A stretch of DNA of 64,000 nucleotides from Candidatus Cloacimonadales bacterium (GCA_963663475.2 CAXXJV010000001.1:2510578-2574577), one strand, 5' to 3'. Positions 26,488 to 35,742 are shown, counted from the first letter of the stretch. Notes: generated from the sequence alone by a model not told the origin. Numbers and translations are program-made.

Positions 26488-27198
26488 CTATTCAAACTTC
26501 CTATAGAGAAATGTCATGACACCTATTAGAGCACAATCAGCGTGATCTTGAGGTTCAATGACAATAGTTTCAAAACCTTCGTTCAATGGTATTAATAATA
26601 ACTGATGGGTATTCTTGTCAAGCTTCATTTTCTTTAATGTTACTTCCCCATCTAATCTTACAGCACAAATCTTACCATTACTTCTTTCCCAGTCATTTGA
26701 TTTCTCAATAAGAATAACATCCCCATTCTTTATCACAGGCTCCATGGAAGAGCCATTAACTTTGAGACAGAGGTAGTTTTCAGCTTTGCCATGAATCTGG
26801 TCTCTAGAGAATTTAACATCTCCAAAGTCATCATGTTTTGATTCTATAGGCATACCAGCAGAAATTTCACCTGAGATGGGAATTGTAATCATTGAATCAT
26901 CAAAGAATTTCATTTTAGCTTCAATAACTTTATGAATATGATTATCAAGGACCTTTTCAAGTTGATCTATTTCTTTAACCTTAGAACCTTCAATAACCAT
27001 ATTACCTTTGCCAGTAATTAACCAGTGAAGATTTATTCCGTATAGGTTACAGAGCTTATTCATAGTATCAATAGAGGGTTTGATTTTACCTGATTCCATT
27101 TGAGATAGAGCAGAAGCTTTAAGATTTAGTCTGTCTGCCAGCTCAATTTGCTTGATATTACGAGTTTTTCTGATTTCTTTAATTCTTGAACCTATCAT
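26488..27198 (-). CDS. XRE-HTH / S24 peptidase repressor (LexA/CI-like), intact paralog
   Basis: HTH IKQIELADRLNLKASALSQMESGK, YGINLHWLITGKG, Ala-Gly site GEISAGMP, Ser VNGSSMEP, Lys VTLKKM. Confidence 0.85.
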   Translation of the reverse strand: MIGSRIKEIRKTRNIKQIELADRLNLKASALSQMESGKIKPSIDTMNKLCNLYGINLHWLITGKGNMVIEGSKVKEIDQLEKVLDNHIHKVIEAKMKFFDDSMITIPISGEISAGMPIESKHDDFGDVKFSRDQIHGKAENYLCLKVNGSSMEPVIKNGDVILIEKSNDWERSNGKICAVRLDGEVTLKKMKLDKNTHQLLLIPLNEGFETIVIEPQDHADCALIGVMTFLYRKFE

Positions 27199-27227
27199 TT
27201 AGTAGTCTCCTCTTTATTAATAAGACT

Positions 27228-27256
27228 AGATTAAGTAATGGTTAATAATTTGTCAA
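27228..27256 (-). promoter_or_regulatory. Candidate sigma70 promoter of the second repressor gene
   Basis: Minus strand: TTGACA(27256-27251)-N17-TAATCT(27233-27228). Confidence 0.45.
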
Positions 27257-27331
27257 GGTTTAATTTTCACTTATAACTATAAGCAGTCTTATTGCCTTAG
27301 GATAGAAGATGAGGGAGCAGAAAAGATAAAT

Positions 27332-27403
27332 AGTTTAAATAAATCTATTAGCGATCTTTTTTTGCAAAAAGAATCAAAAAATCAGAGAAGTTGACTTTGT
27401 CAA
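27332..27403 (-). repeat. Repeat family S, copy B (contains palindrome GTTGACTTTGTCAAC)
   Basis: The reverse complement ttgacaaagtcaacttctctga..caaaaaaagatcgctaatagatttatttaaact aligns with 63124-63197 (about 80% by eye). Confidence 0.7.
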
Positions 27404-27424
27404 CCCTCTGATATTTGGTTAAAT

Positions 27425-28306
27425 TTATAATTTAGATCTTTTTATCAAGTATTTGAGCAAGTTATCTTCAAGAGCTGTCTGACTAGTAAAAGAGACATAC
27501 TCAATCTTTGAGTGTAAGCATTGTTCTTTTATGTAGTTAAAGAAGTCAGAATAGGCAGCTTGATACTTATCTTTAATCTGCCAGGGAAAAACTCTGATTT
27601 CAGACTTAGATTCAGAATCTACAAAGATAGTTTCTTTGGAATAGTTAAAATCTTCTTCTTGTTGATCAACAATATGAAAGACGATAACATCATGTTTTAA
27701 ATATCTAAAATGTTTAAGGCCTTTAACAAGGTCTTCAGCAGAATCTAAAAGGTCTGAAATGATAATTATTAGTGATCTCTTTTTTATTTTCTCAGCAATC
27801 TGATGTAAGATTTTGATGCTGTTAGTCTTGCTATCGCTTTCAAGTTCAAAGAGTTTCTTATAAATACCAGCAATGAATGCTTGATTAGTTTTTGGAGGTT
27901 GCCAGTAAGAGATTTCATCATTGTAGGTTACTAGCCCTACGGCATCGTTTTGCTTATTAATGAGGTAGGTCAAAGCAGCAGCTAAGTGCTTTGCATATTC
28001 TAGTTTTTCTACTTTGTGAGAAGTGAAGCTCATAGATTTACTATGATCAAGCAATATATAAGCATTCACATTAGTCTCATCTTCAAATCTTCTTACATAA
28101 TACCTATCAGTTTTGGCATATTGCTTCCAATCAATATCCTTGATTTGATCACCAGGAATATATTGTCTATAATCTGCAAACTCTACACTATAACCATGAT
28201 AGGGAGACTTATGCAGTCCTACCATAAAGCCTTCAACAATCTCTTGTACATTGAGATGAAAGGCATCAAGTGTATTTACAACTTTTTCAGTTATAAGTTT
28301 ATTCAT
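27425..28306 (-). CDS. DUF58 family protein (vWA-like, MoxR-associated family)
   Basis: F.DYRQY.PGD..KDIDWKQYAKTDRYYVRRFEDETN signature. Confidence 0.75.
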   Translation of the reverse strand: MNKLITEKVVNTLDAFHLNVQEIVEGFMVGLHKSPYHGYSVEFADYRQYIPGDQIKDIDWKQYAKTDRYYVRRFEDETNVNAYILLDHSKSMSFTSHKVEKLEYAKHLAAALTYLINKQNDAVGLVTYNDEISYWQPPKTNQAFIAGIYKKLFELESDSKTNSIKILHQIAEKIKKRSLIIIISDLLDSAEDLVKGLKHFRYLKHDVIVFHIVDQQEEDFNYSKETIFVDSESKSEIRVFPWQIKDKYQAAYSDFFNYIKEQCLHSKIEYVSFTSQTALEDNLLKYLIKRSKL

Positions 28307-28512
28307 TAATCCTTTTTCTTATAAAATAGGGCTAAGGGAACTAAAATAAGGTAGCCGATAGATAAGATTATAGGAGATAAAGTTTTATCGCCTAAATCAT
28401 CACCAGCATATTTCATAATAATATAGCCTGCGATTATGACAATTATTGCTATAGTTAACAAGATATAGTTAGTCTTGTTTAGGTTTAATTTGTTTATATT
28501 CTTTTTTTTCAT
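28306..28512 (-). CDS. Small two-TM membrane protein (DUF3098-like)
   Basis: 68 aa with two hydrophobic helices. Family call from memory only. Confidence 0.45.
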   Translation of the reverse strand: MKKKNINKLNLNKTNYILLTIAIIVIIAGYIIMKYAGDDLGDKTLSPIILSIGYLILVPLALFYKKKD

Positions 28513-28520
28513 ATTACCTC

Positions 28521-29288
28521 TTAAAATCTAGTTGTATAAATAATTTGGAATGCTCTATCAAAAGTTATCTTTTCTCCACCATGGAAATTAGGAGCATTTT
28601 CAAGTAGATCGTATATAGTGAATTTAAACTGTAAGTCTGGGATAATAAACCAGCCCGCAGATAGATTAAGATAGCCTTTTCCATCTCCATAATGTTCAAA
28701 ATCATTTGTTGATTTTTCATTATCATTAAAGGCAAAATTGTATTCTAAAAGGAAGTTTAGATCCTGGCCTATACTTTGTCCTAGAGTAAGAAAGCTATTT
28801 ATATCCTTATCACCATCATCATTTTCTGTTGATTTATTGATGCCAAAGATTATTTTAGATCCCTTAAGAATGAGGTCATTTTTACCAATTGCTGCATAAA
28901 AGCCAGGAGATTTATGTTCATAGCGATTTTGACCTTCAACCCATTTACCGTGTCCCTCAGAATCGAATCCAACACTTAAAGCTGGAATATTTACAGTTTC
29001 TTTTAAGAGTTGAAACTTTGCCTTGAAGTCTATATGATCATACCAATCTGGTTCATTATTACCAACGAAGTTTTCTGCTCCGTAAGAGAAGCCTATTGAT
29101 AATCTATCAAAAAGTCCAATATTAGAAGCTAATCTCATTGAACTATCGCCATAGAATTTGCTAGCAAAACTGTACTCTCCCCTATTTAAAACATTTGGAC
29201 TAGGTGTAGTAATTGAGTTAAATTCATCAACACCTAGCAAGATACATGTTATAGAGATTAATAAAACTATCAAGAATATTTTTTTCAT
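28521..29288 (-). CDS. Secreted protein, probable outer-membrane beta-barrel
   Basis: Signal peptide, alternating beta pattern, C-terminal ..IIYTTRF ending in Phe. Confidence 0.5.
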   Translation of the reverse strand: MKKIFLIVLLISITCILLGVDEFNSITTPSPNVLNRGEYSFASKFYGDSSMRLASNIGLFDRLSIGFSYGAENFVGNNEPDWYDHIDFKAKFQLLKETVNIPALSVGFDSEGHGKWVEGQNRYEHKSPGFYAAIGKNDLILKGSKIIFGINKSTENDDGDKDINSFLTLGQSIGQDLNFLLEYNFAFNDNEKSTNDFEHYGDGKGYLNLSAGWFIIPDLQFKFTIYDLLENAPNFHGGEKITFDRAFQIIYTTRF

Positions 29289-30358
29289 TTAGACTCCTTT
29301 ATTTTAAATGATTTTGCGATACCTTCAAGTTCTGTTATAAAGGGAACTTTAGTTCCTGCAGGGTAATAGACTGCGGTATCAATGAAGTAAGCAGAGCTTG
29401 TACTTTCATCATAAAAAGTATAACTTTTGAAAGTCCCCCCCATATTTGTATTATCATTTTCCCAAGCACCTTCTAGAATAAAACCATTATAGCTTACTTT
29501 ATCCCAAGTTGTGAAGGTTTTTGGTAAAATTCTTGTCCTCATCCAATCAATTCTATCTCCATCGAGAATATCTTTCCCGATTTTACTGCGACTAGCCTTT
29601 ACCCATTCTTGATTAAAATCATCCATCTCAATTTTTTCACTAAAGACAGTGATAAATTTATCAGGTAGGATAGTATTTTTCTTCTTATATCTATAGATAA
29701 ATGAGATTAAATTATCCTCTTTATCTTCTTTATAGACTTGGAAGGTTGAAGGTAATGTTATGCTAAAGTTATAATTACTAAACTGATAATCTAAACTTCC
29801 CCTATAGTAAACTCTCCTAGTCATTCTGGCTAAAAATCTTTGTTCATAATCAAGATAAAGGTTAGCAATTCGAGAAAGAATAATTCTATCTAATCCTTGA
29901 CTATCAGAGGCTAAGATAAAAGTTACTAATTGATCATCAGACCATTCATTTTGGTAGGTAAGAATAGTTGGACTTCCAGCCATGACTTGGTCAAGTTTAG
30001 CTTGGGGGACTTTACTTTCAATAAAAGCTGTGAAATTACTAGGAATTGAAAGATTACAGATAAAAATAATATTTTTTGCTTTTTCTAGTTCTTCGAAGTC
30101 TTCAAAATTCTTCCAGATTAAGAAGAAGGTTCTCTCTTTTTGAGCTCCTTCAAAAGGGTAACCAAATTGGTCTTTCATTATTTTTGCAGTATTTTCTTGT
30201 AAAGTTTCATTAGTGAAAAGATATACATCTTGATGGTTACCATAAGATACAGGCTTGCTGTTATCTGTAAAATTACTAACTGGCATATAGTCTTGGTCTG
30301 ATTTATGACAAGACAATAATACAGGGATAATTAGTAGGATAAAGAGTAAGTTTTTCAT
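29285..30358 (-). CDS. Lipoprotein of unknown function
   Basis: Lipobox PVLLSC after an N-terminal hydrophobic segment; 4-nt overlap with the downstream gene. Confidence 0.55.
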   Translation of the reverse strand: MKNLLFILLIIPVLLSCHKSDQDYMPVSNFTDNSKPVSYGNHQDVYLFTNETLQENTAKIMKDQFGYPFEGAQKERTFFLIWKNFEDFEELEKAKNIIFICNLSIPSNFTAFIESKVPQAKLDQVMAGSPTILTYQNEWSDDQLVTFILASDSQGLDRIILSRIANLYLDYEQRFLARMTRRVYYRGSLDYQFSNYNFSITLPSTFQVYKEDKEDNLISFIYRYKKKNTILPDKFITVFSEKIEMDDFNQEWVKASRSKIGKDILDGDRIDWMRTRILPKTFTTWDKVSYNGFILEGAWENDNTNMGGTFKSYTFYDESTSSAYFIDTAVYYPAGTKVPFITELEGIAKSFKIKESK

Positions 30359-30894
30359 TAAAACAACTCCTTAATATTCTTAAGGTATGAAGAACCTGAC
30401 AGTATAGTAACTAGAGCTACAAGCCAAAAGTAGATATTCAAGTATAAGGAGTAATCAGAAAGATTAATACTCAAACCTAGCAAGAAGAGAGAAAGTGTTA
30501 ATCCCACCATTTGAGTAACTGTTTTTATCTTTCCCCAGTAGTTAGCAGCTAGGTAGATTTTCTTTTTCTTATAGATATCCCTTAGAAGGGTGATTAAGAT
30601 TTCTCGACCAGTAATTATGATGAATATCCACATAGATAGGTAGCCATGCTTACCGAAGGTTAAGAGAGCAAGAGCTGAAAGCACTAATAGTTTATCAGCC
30701 AAAGGATCCATGATTTTACCAAAGTTAGAAATAACTTCATATTTTCTAGCCAAATAGCCATCAAAATAATCGGTAATTGAAGCTATCATGAAAAGGGAAA
30801 AGGCAGTCATTAAGTGATTCTGCACAAAATAGTAAATAAAGAAGGGAATCATCACAACCCTTAGCATAGTTAGTATATTCGGTATATGTTTCAT
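30358..30894 (-). CDS. pgsA: CDP-diacylglycerol--glycerol-3-phosphate 3-phosphatidyltransferase
   Basis: CDP-alcohol phosphatidyltransferase motif DYFDGYLARKY....FGKIMDPLADK. Confidence 0.8.
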   Translation of the reverse strand: MKHIPNILTMLRVVMIPFFIYYFVQNHLMTAFSLFMIASITDYFDGYLARKYEVISNFGKIMDPLADKLLVLSALALLTFGKHGYLSMWIFIIITGREILITLLRDIYKKKKIYLAANYWGKIKTVTQMVGLTLSLFLLGLSINLSDYSLYLNIYFWLVALVTILSGSSYLKNIKELF

Positions 30895-30895
30895 T

Positions 30896-31852
30896 TTATA
30901 GACTAGTCCTCTCTTTTTTAAGAATAAATATTGCTAGGTTAGTAGCTATTAAAATAATAATAAAAAACACGTTTCTAGTGTCAATATTAATATTTAATAT
31001 CTCTTGAAAATCAATAATAAAAGTTGTAAGTAAGCAAACAAGACTCAACATTAAAGTTAGAGATTTTTTCCACCAAAGATTTCTAAAGTATTGCTTTGGA
31101 GAAATATGTCCTTTGAGTAAGAAGTTAATCTTCTCCTGATTAATCATTTTGAGATAGAAATCAAAAACTTGGATAAAAATAGTAGCCAATAGGAGGGTAA
31201 TAATTAAGATAATAGCTTGTAGATAATTTTGATAAGTAGACTCTTTTATGTATTTGTCTCTTTGATTAATAATATTGGAATAATCTTGCATAATTTCAGA
31301 GAACTTAGCTTTATCATAATAATAGTGTTTAATATTGGATTTTACTGAAGGCACTACATTACTATTAAGGTAGGAGTAACCATTTTCTTGGAGATAGTCT
31401 TCAATAGCGATAATTTGATCCATAGCTTGCAGGTCAGCTAGGAAGGAAATAAGAAGCTCGTTAGGAAGATAAAGTTTCATTTTATTGAGAAGTGACTTAT
31501 TAGATTTATTCAGGTTGGAAGAGTTCATAAAATCTTTTAATTTACTATCAAAGAGGAGGGTATCGATAAATGATGCCTGAGGCTGAATAGTAATACTCTG
31601 GAAGTCCTCTTCTGTGAATTTCGCCATTATATCATTACGAACTTGCTTTAGTTCATTACTTCTAGTACTGTAGATAGAGAATTTTAAATCAGATAAATCA
31701 TTTATTATCTTATTTTCAGCTTGAGCAAGTATAGACTGTGCTTGCTTACCTGTAGCTTTACTGATAACCTGTAAATAGTTTTGATATCCCCAAGAAATAG
31801 TCATGATTAATATCAAAATAAGAATATTTAGGCTTATAAATCTCTTTTTCAT
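30896..31852 (-). CDS. Membrane protein with FtsX-like topology (1 TM, ~180-aa loop, 3 TM)
   Basis: Hydrophobic segments at about aa 8-24, 205-225, 262-282 and 292-312. 4-nt overlap with the upstream ATPase gene. Confidence 0.4.
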   Translation of the reverse strand: MKKRFISLNILILILIMTISWGYQNYLQVISKATGKQAQSILAQAENKIINDLSDLKFSIYSTRSNELKQVRNDIMAKFTEEDFQSITIQPQASFIDTLLFDSKLKDFMNSSNLNKSNKSLLNKMKLYLPNELLISFLADLQAMDQIIAIEDYLQENGYSYLNSNVVPSVKSNIKHYYYDKAKFSEIMQDYSNIINQRDKYIKESTYQNYLQAIILIITLLLATIFIQVFDFYLKMINQEKINFLLKGHISPKQYFRNLWWKKSLTLMLSLVCLLTTFIIDFQEILNINIDTRNVFFIIILIATNLAIFILKKERTSL

Positions 31853-32442
31853 AACTTCACTACCCCATCTTCATCAATTACAAAAGTAAAATCCATTTCA
31901 GGTATCTTCAAACTTGAAGTCAATAAAATACATCCTCCCTCTGATTTATACTTACTCAGAATTTTACCAACTAGAGACAATTCTTTTAGATTAAAACACT
32001 TGTCAAAATCATCAATAATTAATAAACATGGGTTCATACCACAGGCTATTGCTAGCTCTAGGAACTTCTTTTTACTGTAAGTTAGTTCCTGAACCAGCCT
32101 TTCAAGATCATTTTCTAAGTCTGCAATAATAACATATTCACTGATGCTATCAAATCTGTACTTAGAAGCAAATCTTAAATTATCATTCACACTCTTATCT
32201 GCTAGCAGATTTACTTCCCTTGATAATAAATAGGAATCTATTCTATGTTTATTAATATTCTGAAAATCTATAATCCCTCTATAACTAGAATATAAACCGT
32301 GAACAGTTCTAACAAATAGTGATTTTCCAGTTCCTTCCTGACCCACAAGAGCATTTATAGTAGATTCAGGAAGCATCATTTCAGGGACTCTTATGACAAT
32401 TCTTTTATTTCTAATAACTTCTAAATCATTTATCTGTAGCAT
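31849..32442 (-). CDS. ABC-type ATPase with degenerate signature motif (FtsE-like?)
   Basis: Walker A GQEGTGKS and Walker B LLIIDDFD. LSGGQ is replaced by LTYSKKK. Confidence 0.5.
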   Translation of the reverse strand: MLQINDLEVIRNKRIVIRVPEMMLPESTINALVGQEGTGKSLFVRTVHGLYSSYRGIIDFQNINKHRIDSYLLSREVNLLADKSVNDNLRFASKYRFDSISEYVIIADLENDLERLVQELTYSKKKFLELAIACGMNPCLLIIDDFDKCFNLKELSLVGKILSKYKSEGGCILLTSSLKIPEMDFTFVIDEDGVVKL

Positions 32443-33067
32443 GTTTTAATCCAATTATTATTATCTTGTTTTCATTTATCTTTTCAATCATTTCTAATCT
32501 ATTTTTAACTATTTGAGCTAGTAAGTCATCTTCCCTATTCTTAGCATAAAGCAAATAAGCTTGTCCTGCTTCTGCCAGATTCCTTTTAACACAAGTAAAA
32601 ACATCTGACATCCTACAAGCAAGTTCAAATTTAGCAAGATTCCTTCTATGACTAGGACTCAGTCTCCCCTGACCTAATTTCAAATAAGGAGGATTAGCTA
32701 AGATTAAATCATACTTACCATTTGCCTGATAATCCTTTATATCACCTGTAATTACCTTAATATCTAAACCTAAGCTCTGACAATTATATTGAGCTATTTG
32801 GGCTTGTTCATGGTCTATCTCAAGTCCAGAAATCTCCCAGTTAGGAAAACTTTTCTTTAGCATTATAGCATTAATCCCTGTTCCCAGACCTAGCTCTAAG
32901 ACCTTCTTTACTTCCTTAGAGGACTGACTAAATCTTTGAACTAAGAAATAATTGAAGAGCTCATTATCTGTTGAAACTCTTTGGCCATCTTTATGCTGAT
33001 AGATTTTAGATCCATCAGGTAAAGTAACTAATGTACACGCTTGTTTCAACGAGGAGTCAAGAATCAT
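32426..33067 (-). CDS. SAM-dependent N6-adenine methyltransferase, TrmN6 (YfiC)-like
   Basis: LELGLGTG SAM motif and LILANPPY motif. Confidence 0.6.
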   Translation of the reverse strand: MILDSSLKQACTLVTLPDGSKIYQHKDGQRVSTDNELFNYFLVQRFSQSSKEVKKVLELGLGTGINAIMLKKSFPNWEISGLEIDHEQAQIAQYNCQSLGLDIKVITGDIKDYQANGKYDLILANPPYLKLGQGRLSPSHRRNLAKFELACRMSDVFTCVKRNLAEAGQAYLLYAKNREDDLLAQIVKNRLEMIEKINENKIIIIGLKHATDK

Positions 33068-33070
33068 TAC

Positions 33071-33979
33071 TTAAGATAATTTTAGCATTGCATCAATACT
33101 TTTCTTAGCAGCTATCCTCAGATCTTTAGGTAAATCTATTTCAAATTCTTCATTTTGCAAACTGGCTAAGACATCCTCTAAGTGAATCTTTTTCATATTT
33201 ACACAAACTGCTTTGTTAGCTAGAGCTATTATACTCTTTCCAGGATTATCCCTTTTAATCTGCTCATATAAGCCTACTTCAGTTCCGATAATTAAATTAT
33301 CATGATCTTTAGCATAATCAGCCATTCCCTTTGTTGAAGCTACAAGATCAGCATACTTTATGATCTCAGTAGGACATTCAGGATGAACCAATAACTTATG
33401 TTTAGGATATTCTTTTTTTACATCAATTACATCTTGCTTAGACATTTTGATATGATGAACTGGACAGTAACCATCCCAGACAATTATATGTCGGCCTGTT
33501 TGATGGGCAGCATAAGTACCCAAATTTTGGTCTGGAACAAAAAGAATCTTTTGATCTTTAGGGAAAGTTTCGATTATTTTAACTGCATTAGAAGATGTAC
33601 AACAGATATCACTTTCAGCCTTAACCTCTGCAGTAGAATTTACATAGCACATAACTATCGCATTTGGATGGTTGTTTTTGAACTGAATTAACTGGTCCCT
33701 AGTAATCATTTCTGCCATAGGGCAGCCAGCATCTTGTACAGGCAGTAAAACCTTGGTCTTAGGTGAAAGAATTTTAGCTGTTTCAGCCATGAATCTTACC
33801 CCACAAAAAAGGATTATATCCGCCTTAACCTTACTTGCTTCAATTGATAATTGTAGAGAATCTCCAACAAAATCTGCAATATCTTGTACGTCTAATGTTA
33901 CATAATTATGAGCTAAAATTACAACATTTTTCTCTTTCTTTAATCTATTTATTTCCTGAATTATGTCTTTGGTCTCCAT
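33071..33979 (-). CDS. nadA: Quinolinate synthase
   Basis: ILAHNY, GVRFMAETAKIL, AGCPMA, CYVNSTA and HPECP motifs. Confidence 0.9.
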   Translation of the reverse strand: METKDIIQEINRLKKEKNVVILAHNYVTLDVQDIADFVGDSLQLSIEASKVKADIILFCGVRFMAETAKILSPKTKVLLPVQDAGCPMAEMITRDQLIQFKNNHPNAIVMCYVNSTAEVKAESDICCTSSNAVKIIETFPKDQKILFVPDQNLGTYAAHQTGRHIIVWDGYCPVHHIKMSKQDVIDVKKEYPKHKLLVHPECPTEIIKYADLVASTKGMADYAKDHDNLIIGTEVGLYEQIKRDNPGKSIIALANKAVCVNMKKIHLEDVLASLQNEEFEIDLPKDLRIAAKKSIDAMLKLS

Positions 33980-34029
33980 CTTTTCCTCTATATTATTTAT
34001 TTTTTTTATTTTCCTATCTGAATTAGTTT

Positions 34030-34122
34030 TTGCTAGTCTTTTTCATGACTAGCAAGTTAAGCTCTAGCAAACTTTTAATCTTTATCCATGCTCGCAGGGA
34101 GTAATTTCTAAAAATTGCTAGT
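34030..34122. promoter_or_regulatory. Four TTGCTAG half-sites (two inverted pairs) upstream of nadA; candidate operator
   Basis: ttgctagtc(34030-38)-8 nt-gactagcaa(34047-55); ctagcaa (34064-70); ttgctagt (34115-22). Confidence 0.4.
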
Positions 34123-34185
34123 ATGTTGAGAACTTCTAAGTAAAGGAAAAACTATTTAGCTTTTCTTTTCAAATCCTTTGAGTTT

Positions 34186-34620
34186 TTAGAGCTTAGTATG
34201 ACCAAAGCCACCCTGACCTCTAACTGTCTCCGATAAGTCCTCTACAATTTCCCATTGAGGTTCCTCATATTTACTTATCACCATTTGAGCAATCCTCATA
34301 CCATCAGTAACGGTAAAATGTTCATTCCCAAAATTATAGAGAATAACCTTCACTTCTCCCCTATAATCAGGATCAATGGTACCAGGTGAGTTTAAAACAC
34401 CTATCTGATGTTTTAAGGCTAGTCCTGAACGGGGTCTAACTTGAACTTCATAACCTGATTCTATAGCTATGGCTAGTCCTGTTGGTATAAGCACCAAACT
34501 ATTAGGGTCCACAATTATATTTTTATCTAAACAAGCACAAATATCATATCCTGCTGCATGTTCAGAATACCTTTTAGGCATTATTGCCTTAGCATTCAAT
34601 TTCTTTATTTCTATTCTCAT
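34186..34620 (-). CDS. dut: dUTP diphosphatase
   Basis: AGYD, RSGLALK, GTIDPDYRGE and RGQGGFGHT motifs. Confidence 0.9.
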   Translation of the reverse strand: MRIEIKKLNAKAIMPKRYSEHAAGYDICACLDKNIIVDPNSLVLIPTGLAIAIESGYEVQVRPRSGLALKHQIGVLNSPGTIDPDYRGEVKVILYNFGNEHFTVTDGMRIAQMVISKYEEPQWEIVEDLSETVRGQGGFGHTKL

Positions 34621-35516
34621 TAGAATTTTCTTGTAAGTATGAAATCAGTTAAAAGTTCTAGTTTCTCAGCTTTTTCTCCATAGTGGGAAAGTATTTTCTT
34701 TGCAGAAGAAATTAATTTTTCTGCCATTTCATGTGATTTATCTAAACCATAAACAGCTGGGAAAGTAGCTTTTTGAACCTCTGCATCCTTACCAATAGTC
34801 TTTCCTAAGAGAGCAGAAGACCCCTCAACATCTAAGATATCATCGACCACCTGGAAGGCTAATCCTATTTTAGATGCATATTTATCTAATCTTTCGATAT
34901 CATCTTGAGGTGCATTAGCAGCTAAACATCCAAATCTTACAGCTAAGTTTAGAAGTTTAGCAGTCTTGTTCTCATGAATGTACTCAAGAGTTTTCTTAGT
35001 TACTTTTTTTGATTCATAAGCAATATCATTCATCTGACCTGAGATAATACCATCAGAACCTGCAGTAGATGCTAATTCTTTAATATACATCATTTTTTCT
35101 TCATCAGTAAAGGGTGAATCTGCAATCAAGTCAAAGGCAGACACCAAGAGAGCATCACCTGCTAAAAGGGCAATATCAGAGCCATAAACTACATGACAAG
35201 ACTTTTTCCCTCTCCGCATATCATCGTTATCAATCTCAGGAAGATCGTCATGTATAAGAGTATAAGTGTGTAATAATTCTATAGCGCCAGCAAGATACTT
35301 AACTTTAGAAAAATCATTATCAAAAAGAGAGTATATGGAAAGTGTTAAGTAGGGTCTAATCCTCTTACCACCAGCAAACAAGGTATGCCTGATCGCCTTA
35401 TGAATCTGTTTAGGATATTCATCTTTTCTAGGTAAAAACCTATCTAAAATAATATTAACTATCTCTCTCTTTTCTCTAATATCTCTTTTAATCATCATTG
35501 ATTTTTGATTAGACAT
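34620..35516 (-). CDS. Polyprenyl (farnesyl/geranylgeranyl) diphosphate synthase
   Basis: LIHDDLPEIDNDDMRRG and FQVVDDILD aspartate-rich motifs. Confidence 0.85.
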   Translation of the reverse strand: MSNQKSMMIKRDIREKREIVNIILDRFLPRKDEYPKQIHKAIRHTLFAGGKRIRPYLTLSIYSLFDNDFSKVKYLAGAIELLHTYTLIHDDLPEIDNDDMRRGKKSCHVVYGSDIALLAGDALLVSAFDLIADSPFTDEEKMMYIKELASTAGSDGIISGQMNDIAYESKKVTKKTLEYIHENKTAKLLNLAVRFGCLAANAPQDDIERLDKYASKIGLAFQVVDDILDVEGSSALLGKTIGKDAEVQKATFPAVYGLDKSHEMAEKLISSAKKILSHYGEKAEKLELLTDFILTRKF

Positions 35517-35520
35517 CTAA

Positions 35521-35733
35521 TTACTTCTCCTGATTCTTTCGGTTAATAACTTCAATTTTTTCTTCAAACTTATTTAATTGCTTTTCGCAAAAATCTAATA
35601 AATACTTGCCTCTTTCATAGAGTTCCATCATCATTTCAAGGGAAATCTCAGCCTCTTCCAGCTTTGCCACAACTTTATTAAGTTCTTTGATAGCTGATTC
35701 ATAGTTCTTTGGTTCTAGTGCTTTTCCTTCCAT
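35521..35733 (-). CDS. xseB: Exodeoxyribonuclease VII small subunit
   Basis: 70 aa; YE.A..EL..VV.KLE......LE.....YE.G..L...C. Confidence 0.75.
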   Translation of the reverse strand: MEGKALEPKNYESAIKELNKVVAKLEEAEISLEMMMELYERGKYLLDFCEKQLNKFEEKIEVINRKNQEK

Positions 35734-35742
35734 TAGTCTTCC

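Noticed and set aside
33980-34185. NAD+ riboswitch (nadA motif) in the nadA leader
   Set aside because: I could not find the tandem stem-bulge domains with the conserved CAACA/ACCCC-type bulges. The region is AT-rich, and its only strong structure is the TTGCTAG inverted repeat.
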